NCBI RefSeq assembly: GCF_964213995.1 | Contig: NC_135809.1 | Location: forward strand, 23,250,001 to 23,314,000 | Length of the DNA stretch: 64,000 nt | Direction of reading: 5' to 3' | DNA from: Mustelus asterias | Taxonomy: Eukaryota | Shown: one piece after another, positions 47,825 to 60,020 of the stretch | Layout: each line of letters starts with the position of its first letter | Position numbering within the stretch: position 1 is the first letter of the stretch | Program-made: the position numbers and the translations under genes | Notes under the pieces: generated by a model | What the model was told of the DNA's origin: nothing | Seen by the model: the letters and a program-made list of their open reading frames with translations, nothing else | The model's database searches: none

Positions 47825-50252
47825 CTACCTCATTCAGCAGTTGGGTCTTTTGAAGGGAGAAGACACTACCTTGACCACTTATTTTTTTTTTTATTCCCAG
47901 TTAACATTGGTCTGTCCACTTTATCCTGCGGAGAAACACATCCTCTGAAAGACTTTTGCTATCCACCTTTTTGTTTTTGTAATCCCTTCACAGTCCCAGG
48001 TTTAGTGATTAAAACACTGCTGTAAACACAGGGGACACAGATTAATGATGCAACATTTAATTACTGTTTTCTTTTTTTTAAATTCTTAACATACTTATAG
48101 TTTATTGAGCTGCTGAGTAAGGGTGAGTGGGTCAAAAAAAAAGTTATATTTTTCACTGAAATGCACAAAATAATGCAAGAAAACGTCATTTACCTAGCAC
48201 ATAATATGGGCATTTTGAGAGAACATGCTTTTCTGTTTTAAAATGGATGGGCTTTAATAGCACCGACACCCACCCCTTGACTTAGTGTACACCCTGTATA
48301 GAACACCAAAGATGAGGGATAGGCACTGCTCTTATAGGAACTTTTTAGTAGACTTTTTTAAAAAATTGATTTTCACTTACTCTAATTTCAGGAAGATCCT
48401 GGGGCTGATTTTTTTTTTTAACATATATTTAATTCTGCTGTTAACACCTAAAAAATTATATTCAGTAACTGAAGGGAAGGATGAAAAATCGACACACTTT
48501 TTTTTACAAGTCGGTAGGGTTAACAAACAAATCAAGAAATTCCACTTCAGTGTAAGTCACTGAAACTTGGAAAGGGAACTAATTATTCTTCTTCAGCCAG
48601 TCAACAAGAACCACATATATTATATATATCTATATATATTGTATAGGTGGCTTTACCTCTGATGCACTGCTATGTGGATGGATCCAGCAAACACATTTCT
48701 CGATTCAGCAAACACATGCCGTGACATTGATCTTCAAGTTATTCCTCCTCCATCCAGCCAATCCACAAGAATACTCAGTTAAACCAGCACTTTTAGTGAC
48801 AGTTGCAATATTACCCTATTATCTGTAACTACCTCTGATTGATTCAATTAGTTTGACAGTCTCTTGGGTACATGCTGCTATACACATACAATGCAGGAGA
48901 TTTTTTTTTCGGTTGAATGGATGGTTAAACGCTGATAGCTGATTTTTAAAAAATTTTAAATTCATTTTACGTTTTGCAGTCTAAATATGAAAAGAGGAAA
49001 CAAGAATACCTGAAAGCATTTTTTTTGTATTGCAATTTAATTGCCGAATCTTTACCAGGTTACCGATTCCCAGTTTGTGCGACTCATTTTCCGTTTGAAC
49101 TTTTAACTTGAATACAATTTTTTTTTACAGAATTACTCAATGATTTTTAATAGAACTTTTTTTTGCTTATGTTACAATTAATAACGTGAAAATATCTCTA
49201 TTGCTTTTATTTTTCATTTTTATGGGTAATGTTTTAAATATAACTCCCGTTTGTACCTCAAATGAATTCAAGGCAAGTGGACTAATCAATTGACCAAACC
49301 TACCTCCAGACATTTTAAAAAAAGAATGAACTTGTTACTATCAAACATCAGTTTTAAAATGTTATTAAAATTTTAGGACTGCAACTAATCCCTAATCAAA
49401 GTATTTTTGTAAAAAAAATAAGAAAAAATAACCTTGGATACAAAAGCATTTTAAATTACCTTCGATTCCGAAACCTTCTGAGGAAACTTGAAGCTTTGTA
49501 GGTGGGAAGCAACAAACTCAGTTCTTTTGTATAATTCAATCAAGAATATGTGTTTAAATTAGTAGATTGTAAGAAACGTACTTGATTCATATTTTCATGT
49601 ATTTTACACAAATGTGATTTTTTTTTCTCTTTTTTTCTCATTTTTGTAATGTCTCGACCAGATGTGTTTTTAAAATGCTTCTTAGAGTTTTATCTCGCTT
49701 TCTGCTTGTCGATATCGCTACTTTTGAACATTGAATAGGCCGGCGAGAAAGGGAGGGTGTAGTTTCTCAGGAGAATCTGTGACAGGAAGGCTTCAGTGTT
49801 GAGCCAAAGTACGACCAAAGCTGACCCCGTCGGGCTTCCATCTGAATTTGTAAAACCCTTGGCACGCAGTGTGGTGCATGCCCGGCCTGTACGTCGAAGG
49901 CTGAGGTATTATCGAGCTGCGTTTCCACCAAATTGTTCAATAATTGTATCCCCCCTCCCCCCCCCCCCCACCCCCACCCCCACCCCCACCAAACAAATGA
50001 CTGCCTTGTGTTTTCTGTAAGAAAAACACACGCACGCTTCTTGTGATTTGTTTGAGACGTCACTTCACCTATTTTGATTTAAGAGAACTCTGACCTTGGT
50101 TTTGGTCTAATGCATACTAAGGAAGCCTTTGGTCACTTGTTGGACATTTAGCTCTGGGAAGCCTCTCAAACGCTTGATGTTTATCATGTATTTCTCTCTA
50201 TGTTGTACAATCAATTACACACTACTACCTCTTGGGGCCTACTGTTACCTCA
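47825..50252 (+). promoter_or_regulatory. Seven let-7/miR-98 seed matches
   Basis: CTACCTCA 47825; TACCTC 48654; CTACCTC 48829; TACCTCA 49254; CTACCTC 49300; CTACCTC 50225; TACCTCA 50246. Confidence 0.88.
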
Positions 50253-50600
50253 ATTCCAAGCTGAAAATCTACTCAACTGTGTATGGCCAGTGGACCAGAG
50301 AGAGCATCATAAATTTTTTATACATAGTTTATTTTTTTGGGAGATAAATTTTATATGACTGTTCTCTCCTGACTGGTCGCCTCAAAATAAGACTGGACGT
50401 TTAACTTTTCGCTATTTTACAAAATAGTAGTCTTGGTTTGCAGGGGGAAGTCTGATAATGTTAGACTGCAAATCCTACTCTCCCTGTACCTTGAATGTCT
50501 AACTTTATTGCTTTGCTATTCACTTAGAGAAGCTGTCTGATTGTACTTGGAAATGCTTGCTTGCTGAAAAGGTTCGGATTATCACTGTCTGTTCAGCACA

Positions 50601-50606
50601 AATAAA
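50601..50606 (+). terminator. Polyadenylation signal AATAAA of HMGA2
   Basis: Canonical hexamer at the end of the TE-free UTR, followed by GU/U-rich sequence. Confidence 0.75.
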
Positions 50607-50754
50607 TCTAAGAACCTCTGTGATCCCCATGTTGATTCTTAGACTTTTAGTCATTTTAATACTGGCAAACGCATCCCTGAGAGATTTTTTTTTAAACCAA
50701 TGAAAGTAGAACTTACAATATTTGGGACTAAAAGTGATTCCTGTAGTTTTCAAA

Positions 50755-51390
50755 GAATGTTCTCGATGGTGGGGGAGTCCAGAACTAGGGGTCACGATTC
50801 CAGGATAAGGGGTAAACCTTTCAGAACTGAGGTGAGGAGAAATTTCTTCACCCAGAGGGTGATGAATGTGTGGAATTCACTACCACGGAAAATAGTTGAG
50901 GCCAAAACGTTGATTTCAAGAAGAAATTCAGGTGGCACGGTGGCACAGTGCTTAGCGCTGCTGCCTCAGCGCCAGGGACCCAGGTTCGATTCCCGGCTTG
51001 GGTCACTGTCTGTGTGGAGTTTGCACATTCGCCCCGTGTCTGCGTGGGTTACCTCCGGTTTCCTCCCACAGTCCAAAGATGTGCAGGTAAGGTGGATTGG
51101 CCATGCTAAATTGCCCCTTAATGTCAGGGGGACTAGCTAGGGTAAATGTATGGGGTTATGGGGATAGGGCCTGGGTGGGATTGTGGTTGGTGCAGACTTG
51201 ATGGGCCAAATGACCTTCTGCACTGTAGGATTCTATGAAATTAGATATAGCTCTTGGGGCTAAAGGGATCAAGGGATATGGGGGAAGGGGGGGAATCAGG
51301 ATATTGAATTTGATGATCAGCCATTATCGTAATGAATGGTGGAACAGGCTTGAAGGGCTGAATGGCCTACTCCTGCTTCTAGTTTCTATA
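50755..51390 (+). mobile_element. CR1 3' fragment split by an HE1 SINE (50930-51237, +)
   Basis: ESRTRGHDSRIRG..RRNFFTQRVMNVWNSLP; gaaatt occurs on both sides of the SINE. Confidence 0.88.
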
Positions 51391-52713
51391 GCATTTGAAT
51401 GATCTCCCCAGTTAGAAACTCAAACTCAATCTGTGTTTCAGTTTATTGAGGCTGATTTATAAGTAGGAACTATCAGTCTCTTTCACAAGGGTGGGAGGAA
51501 ATTACAGGGATGCACTATACAATGTAAATATATGCTATGTTATTTGATTATTAAAGAGCTCAAACTTTTCTTCATATTTGAAAACATCAGTATCTGATTC
51601 GGAGACCTCTCGCAGGGAAGCAGCCATATTAAATGGAATATTCCCTGGAGAAGAGATGGGAAAATAAGACCTTCTTAGCACACTTGGTCAATGCCAGAAG
51701 TGTAGACATCAGGACAAGCTGCAGTACTCTGCCAGTCACATTCTCAGTCCACATTCACTGTTGAGTTTCTATAACATGAAGAATAACTACTTCTGAAGGT
51801 AGCTGTTATCCTAATGTGGAGTCAAACAACACAGAGAGAAGGAGAGAAGTTTAAAACAAAATACACCCACACAAACGATTTGAAGAAGGCTCATTGAGTT
51901 GAATTATAGTTCTGGGATCCAACCTGGAAGTGGCCGTGACAGCATCCTGGACATTTTCAAGGAGGTGACTAAGAAAGAGGCCATCTCCAGGAGTCCGTCC
52001 AATAAAGGTTGGTGCGTGGGCTTTGCAGCCAAGGGCTAGTGGGGTTGTCTGAGACTGTGGAAGGCCCGCAGCCCCCACCAGAGGAGGTGGGCACTGCTGC
52101 TGTGGTTGGGGGACCGTGAGTGTGCCTCAAAATGGAGGCTGCGACTGAAGACTCATACTTGGAGCAAACTTGGCCACACTTGTCAGGTTCATCCTAGTGG
52201 AGGTGGCGCGTCTCCAGTAGGATGGCCTGTGCTGCTGCCACGACCCTTGCAGCCCAGTGGATCCAACTGATGCAGCCCCTTCACTCTCTCCACACCAACT
52301 GGTGGCAGCCAGCATACCATCATCCTACAGTGTGGTAGAGGTAGGAATATACTGGCAGAGCAGCACATTGGCTGCTAGGAAATTGTCGGTCTGGCCATCT
52401 CCACCTCAGAGGATGAAAATTCAGCCTATTTGAGCTTCCCTTCATTCTGGTTTAATGCCATTGACCATTGCTTGGCCGAGGAGGCTTGTAGATAACTCTC
52501 ACTCTCCGTTCCACCAGGGCCAGTTTTCTTACTGTTAGTGTATGCCAGTAGCTCAGGGGAACTTGTGCATGTTTCTGTCTCTTTGTCACCAGTAAAAGCT
52601 TCGTTCTTCTTGTTGGTGACGTAGTGAGGAATCCATCAGGTTGAAACGCCAGGCTGAATTATCAAATCCGAATAGTCCGCCATGTTCTTCGTTATTTGGG
52701 AATTTGAAACACG

Positions 52714-53182
52714 CTGTGGTTAGCACTGCTGCCTCCCAACACCAGGCACCCACGTTCAATTCTGGCCTCAGGTGGCTGTGTGGGGTCTGCACATTCTCCC
52801 TGTGTCTGCGTGGCTTTCCCCTGGGTGCACCGTTTTCCTTCCACACTCCAAAGATGCGCGAGGTAGGTGGATTGGCCATGCTAAATTGCCCCTTGATGCC
52901 AGGGGGACTAGCTAGGGTAAATGCATGGGGTTATGGGGATATGACCTGGGTGAGATTGTGGTCGGTGCAGGCTCGATGGGCCGAGTGGCCTCCTGCATTG
53001 TAGGGATTCTATGATTCTCCCACAGTCCGAAAAATGTGCTGGTTAGGTGCGTTGGCTATGCTAAATTCTCCCTCAGTGTACCTGACCTGATGCCGGAGTG
53101 TGGCGACTCGGGGATTTTCACAGTAACTTCATTGCGTTGTTAATGTAAGCCAACTTGTGACACTAATAAATAAACTTAAACT
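52714..53182 (+). mobile_element. HE1 SINE (CR1 tail) directly followed by the 3' half of a tail-B SINE
   Basis: ...gggattctatgatt|ctcccacagtccgaaa...cttgtgacactaataaataaacttaaactt. Confidence 0.85.
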
Positions 53183-53454
53183 TATTTTGGATTCTAAAGT
53201 CAGCTGCAATTCGTCACAGTGAAATGAAAAGATTGAGCTACCCAAATTGGGAGACTTTATGACAGGTTTTCCATTAGTTTGACCTTGTGCCATGTCAGAC
53301 AGGGTGCACTCAGCCCTGTGATAAGGGGACGATGTTGAAAATCCATGTAGTGGCACTTTTGATCTGATCGCCAAAAGGCAACCTGGCACATTATTTAGCT
53401 TTAGTGTTAAACGCTTGCAGCTATTCAAAATTTGAAATTGTATTCCAAGTAAAT

Positions 53455-56400
53455 AAAATGCTGGCGGGGAGATTTGTTAGAGCCACTCGGGAGGGTTTAA
53501 ACTAGTTTGGCGGAGGGTGGGGGGGGGGGGGGGGGGGGATGGGACCCAAAGCAGTAGGGAGACAGAAGAGAAGGTTAAGGACAGCACAAAAGTTAAAGAG
53601 AGCACATTAAATAGTAACGGCAGTGTCAGTAATCCTAGTACCAAACAATCAGGCAAAAGCAAGACAGAGCGCAAGGGAAGTCCAAATTAAACTGCATTCA
53701 TTTCAATGCAAGAGGCCTGACGGGCAAGGCAGATGAACTCAGAGCATGGATGGGTACGTGGGACTGGGATATTATAGCAATTACTGAAATATGGCTAAGG
53801 GAAGGACAGGACTGGCAGCTCAATGTTCCAGGGTACTGATGCTATAGGAAAGATAGAACCGGAGGTAAAAGAGGAGGGGGAGTTGCACTTTTGATTAAGG
53901 AAAACACGGCAGTACTGAGGGGATATTTCCGAGGGTTGAACTGAGAAATAAGAAGGGGAAATCACTTTGATAGGGTTGTACTATAGGCCCCCAAATAGTC
54001 GGCAGGAAATTGAGGAACAAATATGTCAGGAGATTACAGATAACTCCAAGAAAAATAGTAGAAGATTTTAACTTTCTCAACATTAACTGGGCCAGCCATA
54101 GTATTAGAGGGTTGGATGGAGAGAAATTTGTTGAGTGTATTCAGGAGGAATTTCTCATTCAGTATGTGGATGGCCCGACCAAAGAGGGGGAAAAACTTGA
54201 CCTCCTCTTGGGAAATAAGGAAGGGCAGGTGACAGAAGTGTTAGTGAAGGATCACTTTGGGACCAGTGACCATAATTCCATTAGTTTTAAGATAGCTATG
54301 GAGAAAGATAGGTCTGGTGCAAAAGTTAAAATTCTAAATTGGGGCAAGGCCAATTTTGATGGTATCAGGCAGGAACTTTCAATAGTTAATTGGGGGAGTC
54401 TGTGGGAAGGAAAAGGGACGTCTGGTAAGTGGGAGGCTTTCAAAAGTGTGTTAACCAGGGTTCAGGGTAAGCACATTCCTCTTAGAGTGAAGGGCAAGGC
54501 TGGTAGAAGTTGGGAACCCTGGATGACTCGGGATATTGAGGCCCTGGTCAAGAAGAAGGAGGCACATGACATGTATAGGCAGCTGCGATCAAGTGAATCC
54601 CTTGAAGAGAATAGGGGGTGTAGGAATAGAGTTGAGAGAAATCAGGAGGGCAAAAAGGGAACACGAGATTGTTTTGGCAGATAAGGCAAAGGAGAATCCA
54701 ACGAGCTTCTACAAATACATAAACAAGTAACAAGGGAGAGAGTAGAGCCTCTTAAGGATCAACAAGGTCATCTATGTGTGGATCCACAAGAGATGGGTGA
54801 GATCCTAAGTGAATATTTCTCATCAGTATACACTGTTGAGAAAACCATGGATGTCAGGGAATTTGGGGAAATAAATAGTAATGTCTTGAGGAGTGTACAT
54901 ATAACAGAGAAGGAGGCGCTGGAAGTCTTAAAACGCATCAAGGAAGATAAATCCTCAGGACCGAATGAAGTGTATCCCAGGACACTGGGAGGCTAGGGAG
55001 GAAATTGCGGGTCCCCTAGCAGAGATATTTGAATCATTGATAGTCACAGGTGAGGTGCCTGAAGATTGGAAGGTGGCAAATGTGCCTTTGTTTAAGAAGG
55101 GCTGCAGGGAAAAGCCTGGGAACTACAGGCCACTGAGCCTCACATTTGTAGTGGATAAGTTGTTGGAAGGTATTTTGAGAGACAGGATCTCCAGGCATTT
55201 AGAGATGCAAGGACTGATTAGGGACAGTCAGCATAGCTTTGTGAGTGGAAAATCATGTCTCACAAATGGTTTTTTGAAGGGGTAACCAAGAAGGTAGATG
55301 AGGGCAGTGCAGTTGATGTTGTCTACAAGGACTTTAGCAAGGCCTTTGACAAGGTAGCACATTGTAGCTTGTTGCATAAGGTTAAATCTCATGGGATCCA
55401 GGGTGAGGTAGCCAAATGGATACAAAATTGGCTTGATGTCAGAAGACAGAGGGTGGTTGTAGAGGACTGTTTTTCAAACTGGAGGCCTGTGACCAGTGGT
55501 GTGCCTCAGGGATCGGTGCTGGGTCCATTGTTATTTGTCATTTGTATTAATGATTTAGATGAGAATTTAGTAGCATGGTTAGTAAGTTTGCAGATGACAC
55601 CAAGATTGGTGGCATAGTGGAGAGTGAAGAAGGTTATTTAGGATTGCAACGGGATCTTGATCAATTGGGCTAGTGGGCTGACGAATGGCTGATGGAGTTT
55701 AATTTAGATAAATGTGAGGTGATGCATTTTGGTCGATCGAACCAGGGCAGGACTTACTCAGTTAATGGTAGGGTGTTGGGGAGAGTTACAGAACAGAGAG
55801 ATCTAGGTGTACAGGTTCATAGATTCTTGAAAGTGGAGTCACAGGTGGACAGAGTGGTGAAGAAGGCATTCGGCATGCTTGGTTTCATTGGTCAAAACAT
55901 TGAATACAGGAGCCGGGACGTCTTGAAGTTGTACAAGACATTGGTAAGGCCACACTTGGAATAATGTGTACAGTTCTGGTCACCCTATTATAGAAAGGAT
56001 ATTATTAAACTAGAAAGAATGCCAAAAAGAATTACTAGGATGCTACTGGTACTTGATGGTTTGAGTTATAAGGAGAGATTGGATAGACTGGGACTTTTTT
56101 CTCTGGAGTGTAGGAAACTTAGGGGTGATCTTATAGCAGTCTATAAAATAATGAGGTGCATAGATCAGCTAGATAGTCAATATCTTTTCCCAAAGGTAGG
56201 GGAGTCTAAAACTAGAGGGCATAGGTTTAAGGTGAAAGGGGAGAGATACAAAAGGGTCCAGAGGGGCAATTCTTTCACAGAGGGTGGTGAGTATCTGGAA
56301 CAAGCTGCCAGAAATAGTAGTAGAGGCAGATACTATTTTGTCTTTTAAAAAGCGTTCAGTTTCATGGGTAAGATCGGTATAGAGGGATATGGGCCAAATG

Positions 56401-56498
56401 CAGACAATTGAGACTAGTGTAGGGGTTTTAAAAAAGGGGCAGCATGGACAAGTTGGGCCAAAGGGCCTGTTTCCATGCAGTAAACCCCTATGACTCTA
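53455..56498 (+). mobile_element. CR1/HER1 LINE: ORF1 end, near-complete disrupted ORF2 (APE + RT), and 3' UTR
   Basis: LAGRFVRATREGLN*; DFNFLNINW, LDLLL, GTSDHN (APE); [28 protein letters not shown] (RT); multiple stops and frameshifts. Confidence 0.95.
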
Positions 56499-56983
56499 AG
56501 TAACAGTTTATTGTGCTTTATCACACATTAAAAGATCAATGTCACATCTCACCACTTGTAAGAACTATCTCATGCTTGGGTCTTTTAATAGCAAGATGAG
56601 AGATTGGTATGCATGAGAGTTTGTGTTTCGTTTTAAAAATGTGTGTGAAAGAGAAAGCAAGGCTGTCATTTTCTGCTGCTTCTGACTTTGAGGATGTGAA
56701 TGGGTCTTACCAGTGGCTGCCGATTTAGGGATAAATTGCGCTTGCAATTAGCATCTAATCAACCACAGGATATGCCTATTTACAACAATTTAACCAGGGA
56801 GCTTTAAAGCAATAGGAGGTGACATACAGCTCATTAACAGCAGACATTATACTGTGCAATCAATGTTACAATGCTCCTATCCTCCTCAGGCCTCCTGTGA
56901 ACACCACCATGGAAGTTACCATTAACATTCCCCCCGAGCTTAATCAATGTACAACATGATCCAGATTGATTTCAAGTTGCTAC

Positions 56984-57277
56984 TGTGGTGAACCATCGTT
57001 GGTTCACCACTGGGGTTGTTATTTTGTTACTGTTGGGCTAGGGTGTTGTTGTTATGGGGGTTGTACTATGTTGTTGGGTTAGGGTGTTTACCTGTCCTAA
57101 GTGTTATCATGGCACACTCCAGTGGGGTTCCGCCTCCGGTGGCAGGGTATAAGACCCCCTGCTCCGGCAGGACCCCTTCAGTCTGAACGGGTGAATTTGT
57201 GTTCGTAGTTTCATTGTTAATGTATTAAAGCCTTCAGTTCTAAAGCCTTGTTTCCGGGTGCTCATTGAGGTGCATCA
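56984..57277 (+). repeat. 5' LTR
   Basis: TATAAG at 57148, Inr-like TCAGT at 57178, ATTAAA at 57224; direct repeat of 60021-60314. Confidence 0.95.
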
Positions 57278-57299
57278 ATTTAATACATTAACTGAGAAT

Positions 57300-58270
57300 A
57301 TGGAACAGATCCTAAAACCGGATCGTCTGACACTGGACCCACGTGCGGTCGGTGCAGCTAACACGTTCGAACATTGGTGGAAGTGCTTCGAGGACTACCT
57401 GGCAGCCTCGGTAGCTATCACTACAGACACTGATAGACTCCAGGTCCTCCACGCAAGGGTAAGCGACACGATTTACCTAGCCATTCGTGCAGCTTCCACT
57501 TACCAGGGTGCCGTCGAGCTCCTAAAGAATAGGTACATTACGCCACCCAACGAGATTCACGCTCGTTATCTCCTCGCTACACGACGTCGGCAGTCGGGCG
57601 AGACCATAGAAGACTACGCCAATGAACTCCTGCAGCTTGCCAAGGGTTGTGACTGTAAGGATGTCTCCGCCGAGCAGTACATGCAAGACCTCGCCCGAGA
57701 CGCGTTCGTAGCAGGGGTAGGGTCCTCGTATATCAGACTTAAATTATTAGAAAAGGGGAAACTCAACTTGACCCAGGCAATGGGGATGGCCGTGAGGTTG
57801 GAGGCGGCGTCGAAGAGCTTGGCGCTGTACCCCGAGGACCACGTGCAGTCAACGTGGTTGGAGCAAACTCTGCTCCCTCCTCGCCCCGCGAACCCGCGCT
57901 CCCAGATCGATTCGCGACGGCGGCAGCTTCAGGTGGCCAGCGATGCTATTTTTGCGGTGGGGCTAAGCATCCACGGCAACAGTGTCCGGCAAGAACGGCA
58001 ATCTGCAGCCAGTGCGGTAAAAAAGGCCACTACGGCAAAGTCTGCAGGTCCAAACCTAAAAACGGCAGTGCAGCTTGTAACCCTCCAGAACGGAGACAAT
58101 CTCCTTCGACGTCGCAGTACCCACGAGGTCCGACCACGTGCGATCCCAGGACGGCGCCATCGTGGCTGACAGAGGAGGAGGAAGACCACCAGGAGTCGCT
58201 GCGCTTGGAGCCCTCGGCCACATGCGATTCATGGGGGCGGCCATCATGGTCCACGACGACTAGGAGCGAC
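57300..58270 (+). pseudogene. gag: gag, frameshifted before the two zinc knuckles and truncated before protease
   Basis: MEQILKPDRLTLDP...RDAFVAG...IRLKLLE; CYFCGGAKHPRQQC and CSQCGKKGHYGKVC lie in the -1 frame. Confidence 0.85.
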
Positions 58271-58298
58271 CAGACAATGACAAAAAAAATAATAGGAT

Positions 58299-59747
58299 TC
58301 ACAAGTCCAGACGGTCTGGAGGACCACACCGACGCTGCGATCTTCTCAACACCGGTTGCGAAACCGGAGCAGGTGCTTGCGGTGGCTCTCTCAAAGCAAC
58401 ATCTGGCTGTCCCCTCAAAGACTCCCGGGCCGGCCGGCCCTGATGAGGCGATGGTGTAGGGGATCCTGGAACGTTTGGTGGTGGTGGTGGTGGTGGTGAT
58501 GATGGTGGCGCCGATCTCCGAGTCTCAGGCAAGCTGTACATGGGAGTAAAAGTGTTATGCACTGGTCCCGGTGCTGACCGCGCCACGTCTGGGGAAGTAA
58601 TGAGGAGTAGTGGATCTGTGACTGGGGGAATAGGAGCGACAGGAGTTGCTACGTCCCCTGCGGGCGCCAGGTCTCTAATGGAGACAGTGTCCTCTCGCCC
58701 GTCAGGATATGCCACATAGGCATACTGAGGGTTGGCGTGGAGGAGTTGGACCGGTTCGACCAAGGGGTCGGACTTGCGAGCCCTCACATGGCGCCGCAGA
58801 AGGACGGGTCCTGGGTACGTCAACCAGGCTGGCAATGAGGTCCCCGAGGACGACTTCCGAGGGAATGAGAACATCCTCTCGTGGGGAGTAGCATTGGTTG
58901 CCGTACACAGGAGGGAGCGGATAGAATGGAGCGCAGTAGGAAGGACCTCCTGCCACCGGGAGACTGGAAGGCCCTTGGATTTCAGTGCCAGTAGGACAGC
59001 CTTCCAGACTGTAGCATTCTCCCTTTCCACCTGTCCGTTACCCCTAGGGTTGTAGCTCGTGGTTCTACTAGAGGCAATCCCGAATGAGAGCAGGAATTGC
59101 CTCAAGTCGTTGCTCATGAACGACGAGCCCCTGTCGCTATGAATATAGCAGGGGTACCCGAACAGGGTAAAAAGCTCACTGAATGCCTTGATGACGGTGG
59201 CAGTCGACGTGCCCGCACAGGGGAAAACAAACGGAAACCGGGAAAATTCGTCTATTATGTTAAGAAAATAGACATTCCGATCCGTTGAGGGAAGGGGGCC
59301 CTTAAAATCTACACTCAGCCTCTCAAAAGGGCGAGTGGCCTTGACCAAATGTGCCCGGTCTGGTCGATAAAAGTGTGGTTTGCATTCTGCGCAAATCCGA
59401 CAACTTCTAGTAACTGACCTGACCTCCTCCACCGAGTAGGGTAGGTTGCGGGCTTTTATGAAGTGGTAGAGTCTGGTGACTCCAGGATGACACAGATCAT
59501 TGTGGAGAGCCTTCAAGCGGTCCTCCTGCATGATGGCGCATGTTCCGCGCGAGAGGGCATCCGAGGGCTCATTGAGCTTCCCTGGACGATACATAATATC
59601 GTAATTATAGGTGGAGAGCTCAATTCTCCACCGCAAGATCTTATCGTTCTTGATCTTGCCCCTCTGCGTGTTACTGAACATAAACGCCACGGATCGTTGA
59701 TCCGTGATCAGGGTGAACCGCTTCCCCGCCAAGTAATGGCGCCAGTG
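58299..59747 (-). pseudogene. pol: Inverted pol fragment: RNase H C-terminus plus complete integrase, stop-free
   Basis: HWRHYLAGKRFTLITDQ; HHCC motif LHNDLCH...CRIC; DDE motifs SVDFKG, HSDRGSSF, NGQVERENAT. Confidence 0.92.
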
Positions 59748-60020
59748 TCATCACCACCACCACCACCACCAAACGTTCCAGGATCCCCTACACCATCGCC
59801 TCATCAGGGCCGGCCGGCCCGGGAGTCTTTGAGGGGACAGCCAGATGTTGCTTTGAGAGAGCCACCGCAAGCACCTGCTCCGGTTTCGCAACCGGTGTTG
59901 AGAAGATCGCAGCGTCGGTGTGGTCCTCCAGACCGTCTGGACTTGTGAATCCTGTTATTTTTTTTGTCATTGTCTGTTTTCATCCACCCCGCCACCTTTG
60001 GTTCCTAAAGGAGGGGTGAA

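Larger units (their letters stand above)
47805..50630 (+). other. HMGA2: HMGA2 3' UTR (~2.8 kb)
   Basis: AU-rich, no recognisable TE, seven let-7 seed matches, and a terminal block atcactgtctgttcagcacaAATAAA...cctctgtgatccccatg resembling the mammalian HMGA2 UTR end (from memory). Confidence 0.85.

Noticed and set aside
7789-53003. Recurrent short ORFs such as MAQWLALLPHS..., CGRKPEHPEETHADT and VSAWVSSGCSGFLPQS
   Set aside because: These are translations of HE1/V-SINE copies, not a gene family
2958-53017. tRNA genes at SINE heads
   Set aside because: A and B boxes are present but there is no full cloverleaf, and each continues into a SINE core
57258-58169. Domesticated gag-derived host gene
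   Set aside because: It sits between ~99% identical LTRs with a TSD, so it is a recent insertion, and it is frameshifted
58271-59976. Inversion as a pure mis-assembly
   Set aside because: The two arms differ by a substitution and a triplet indel, arguing for two real copies; read-level confirmation is still needed
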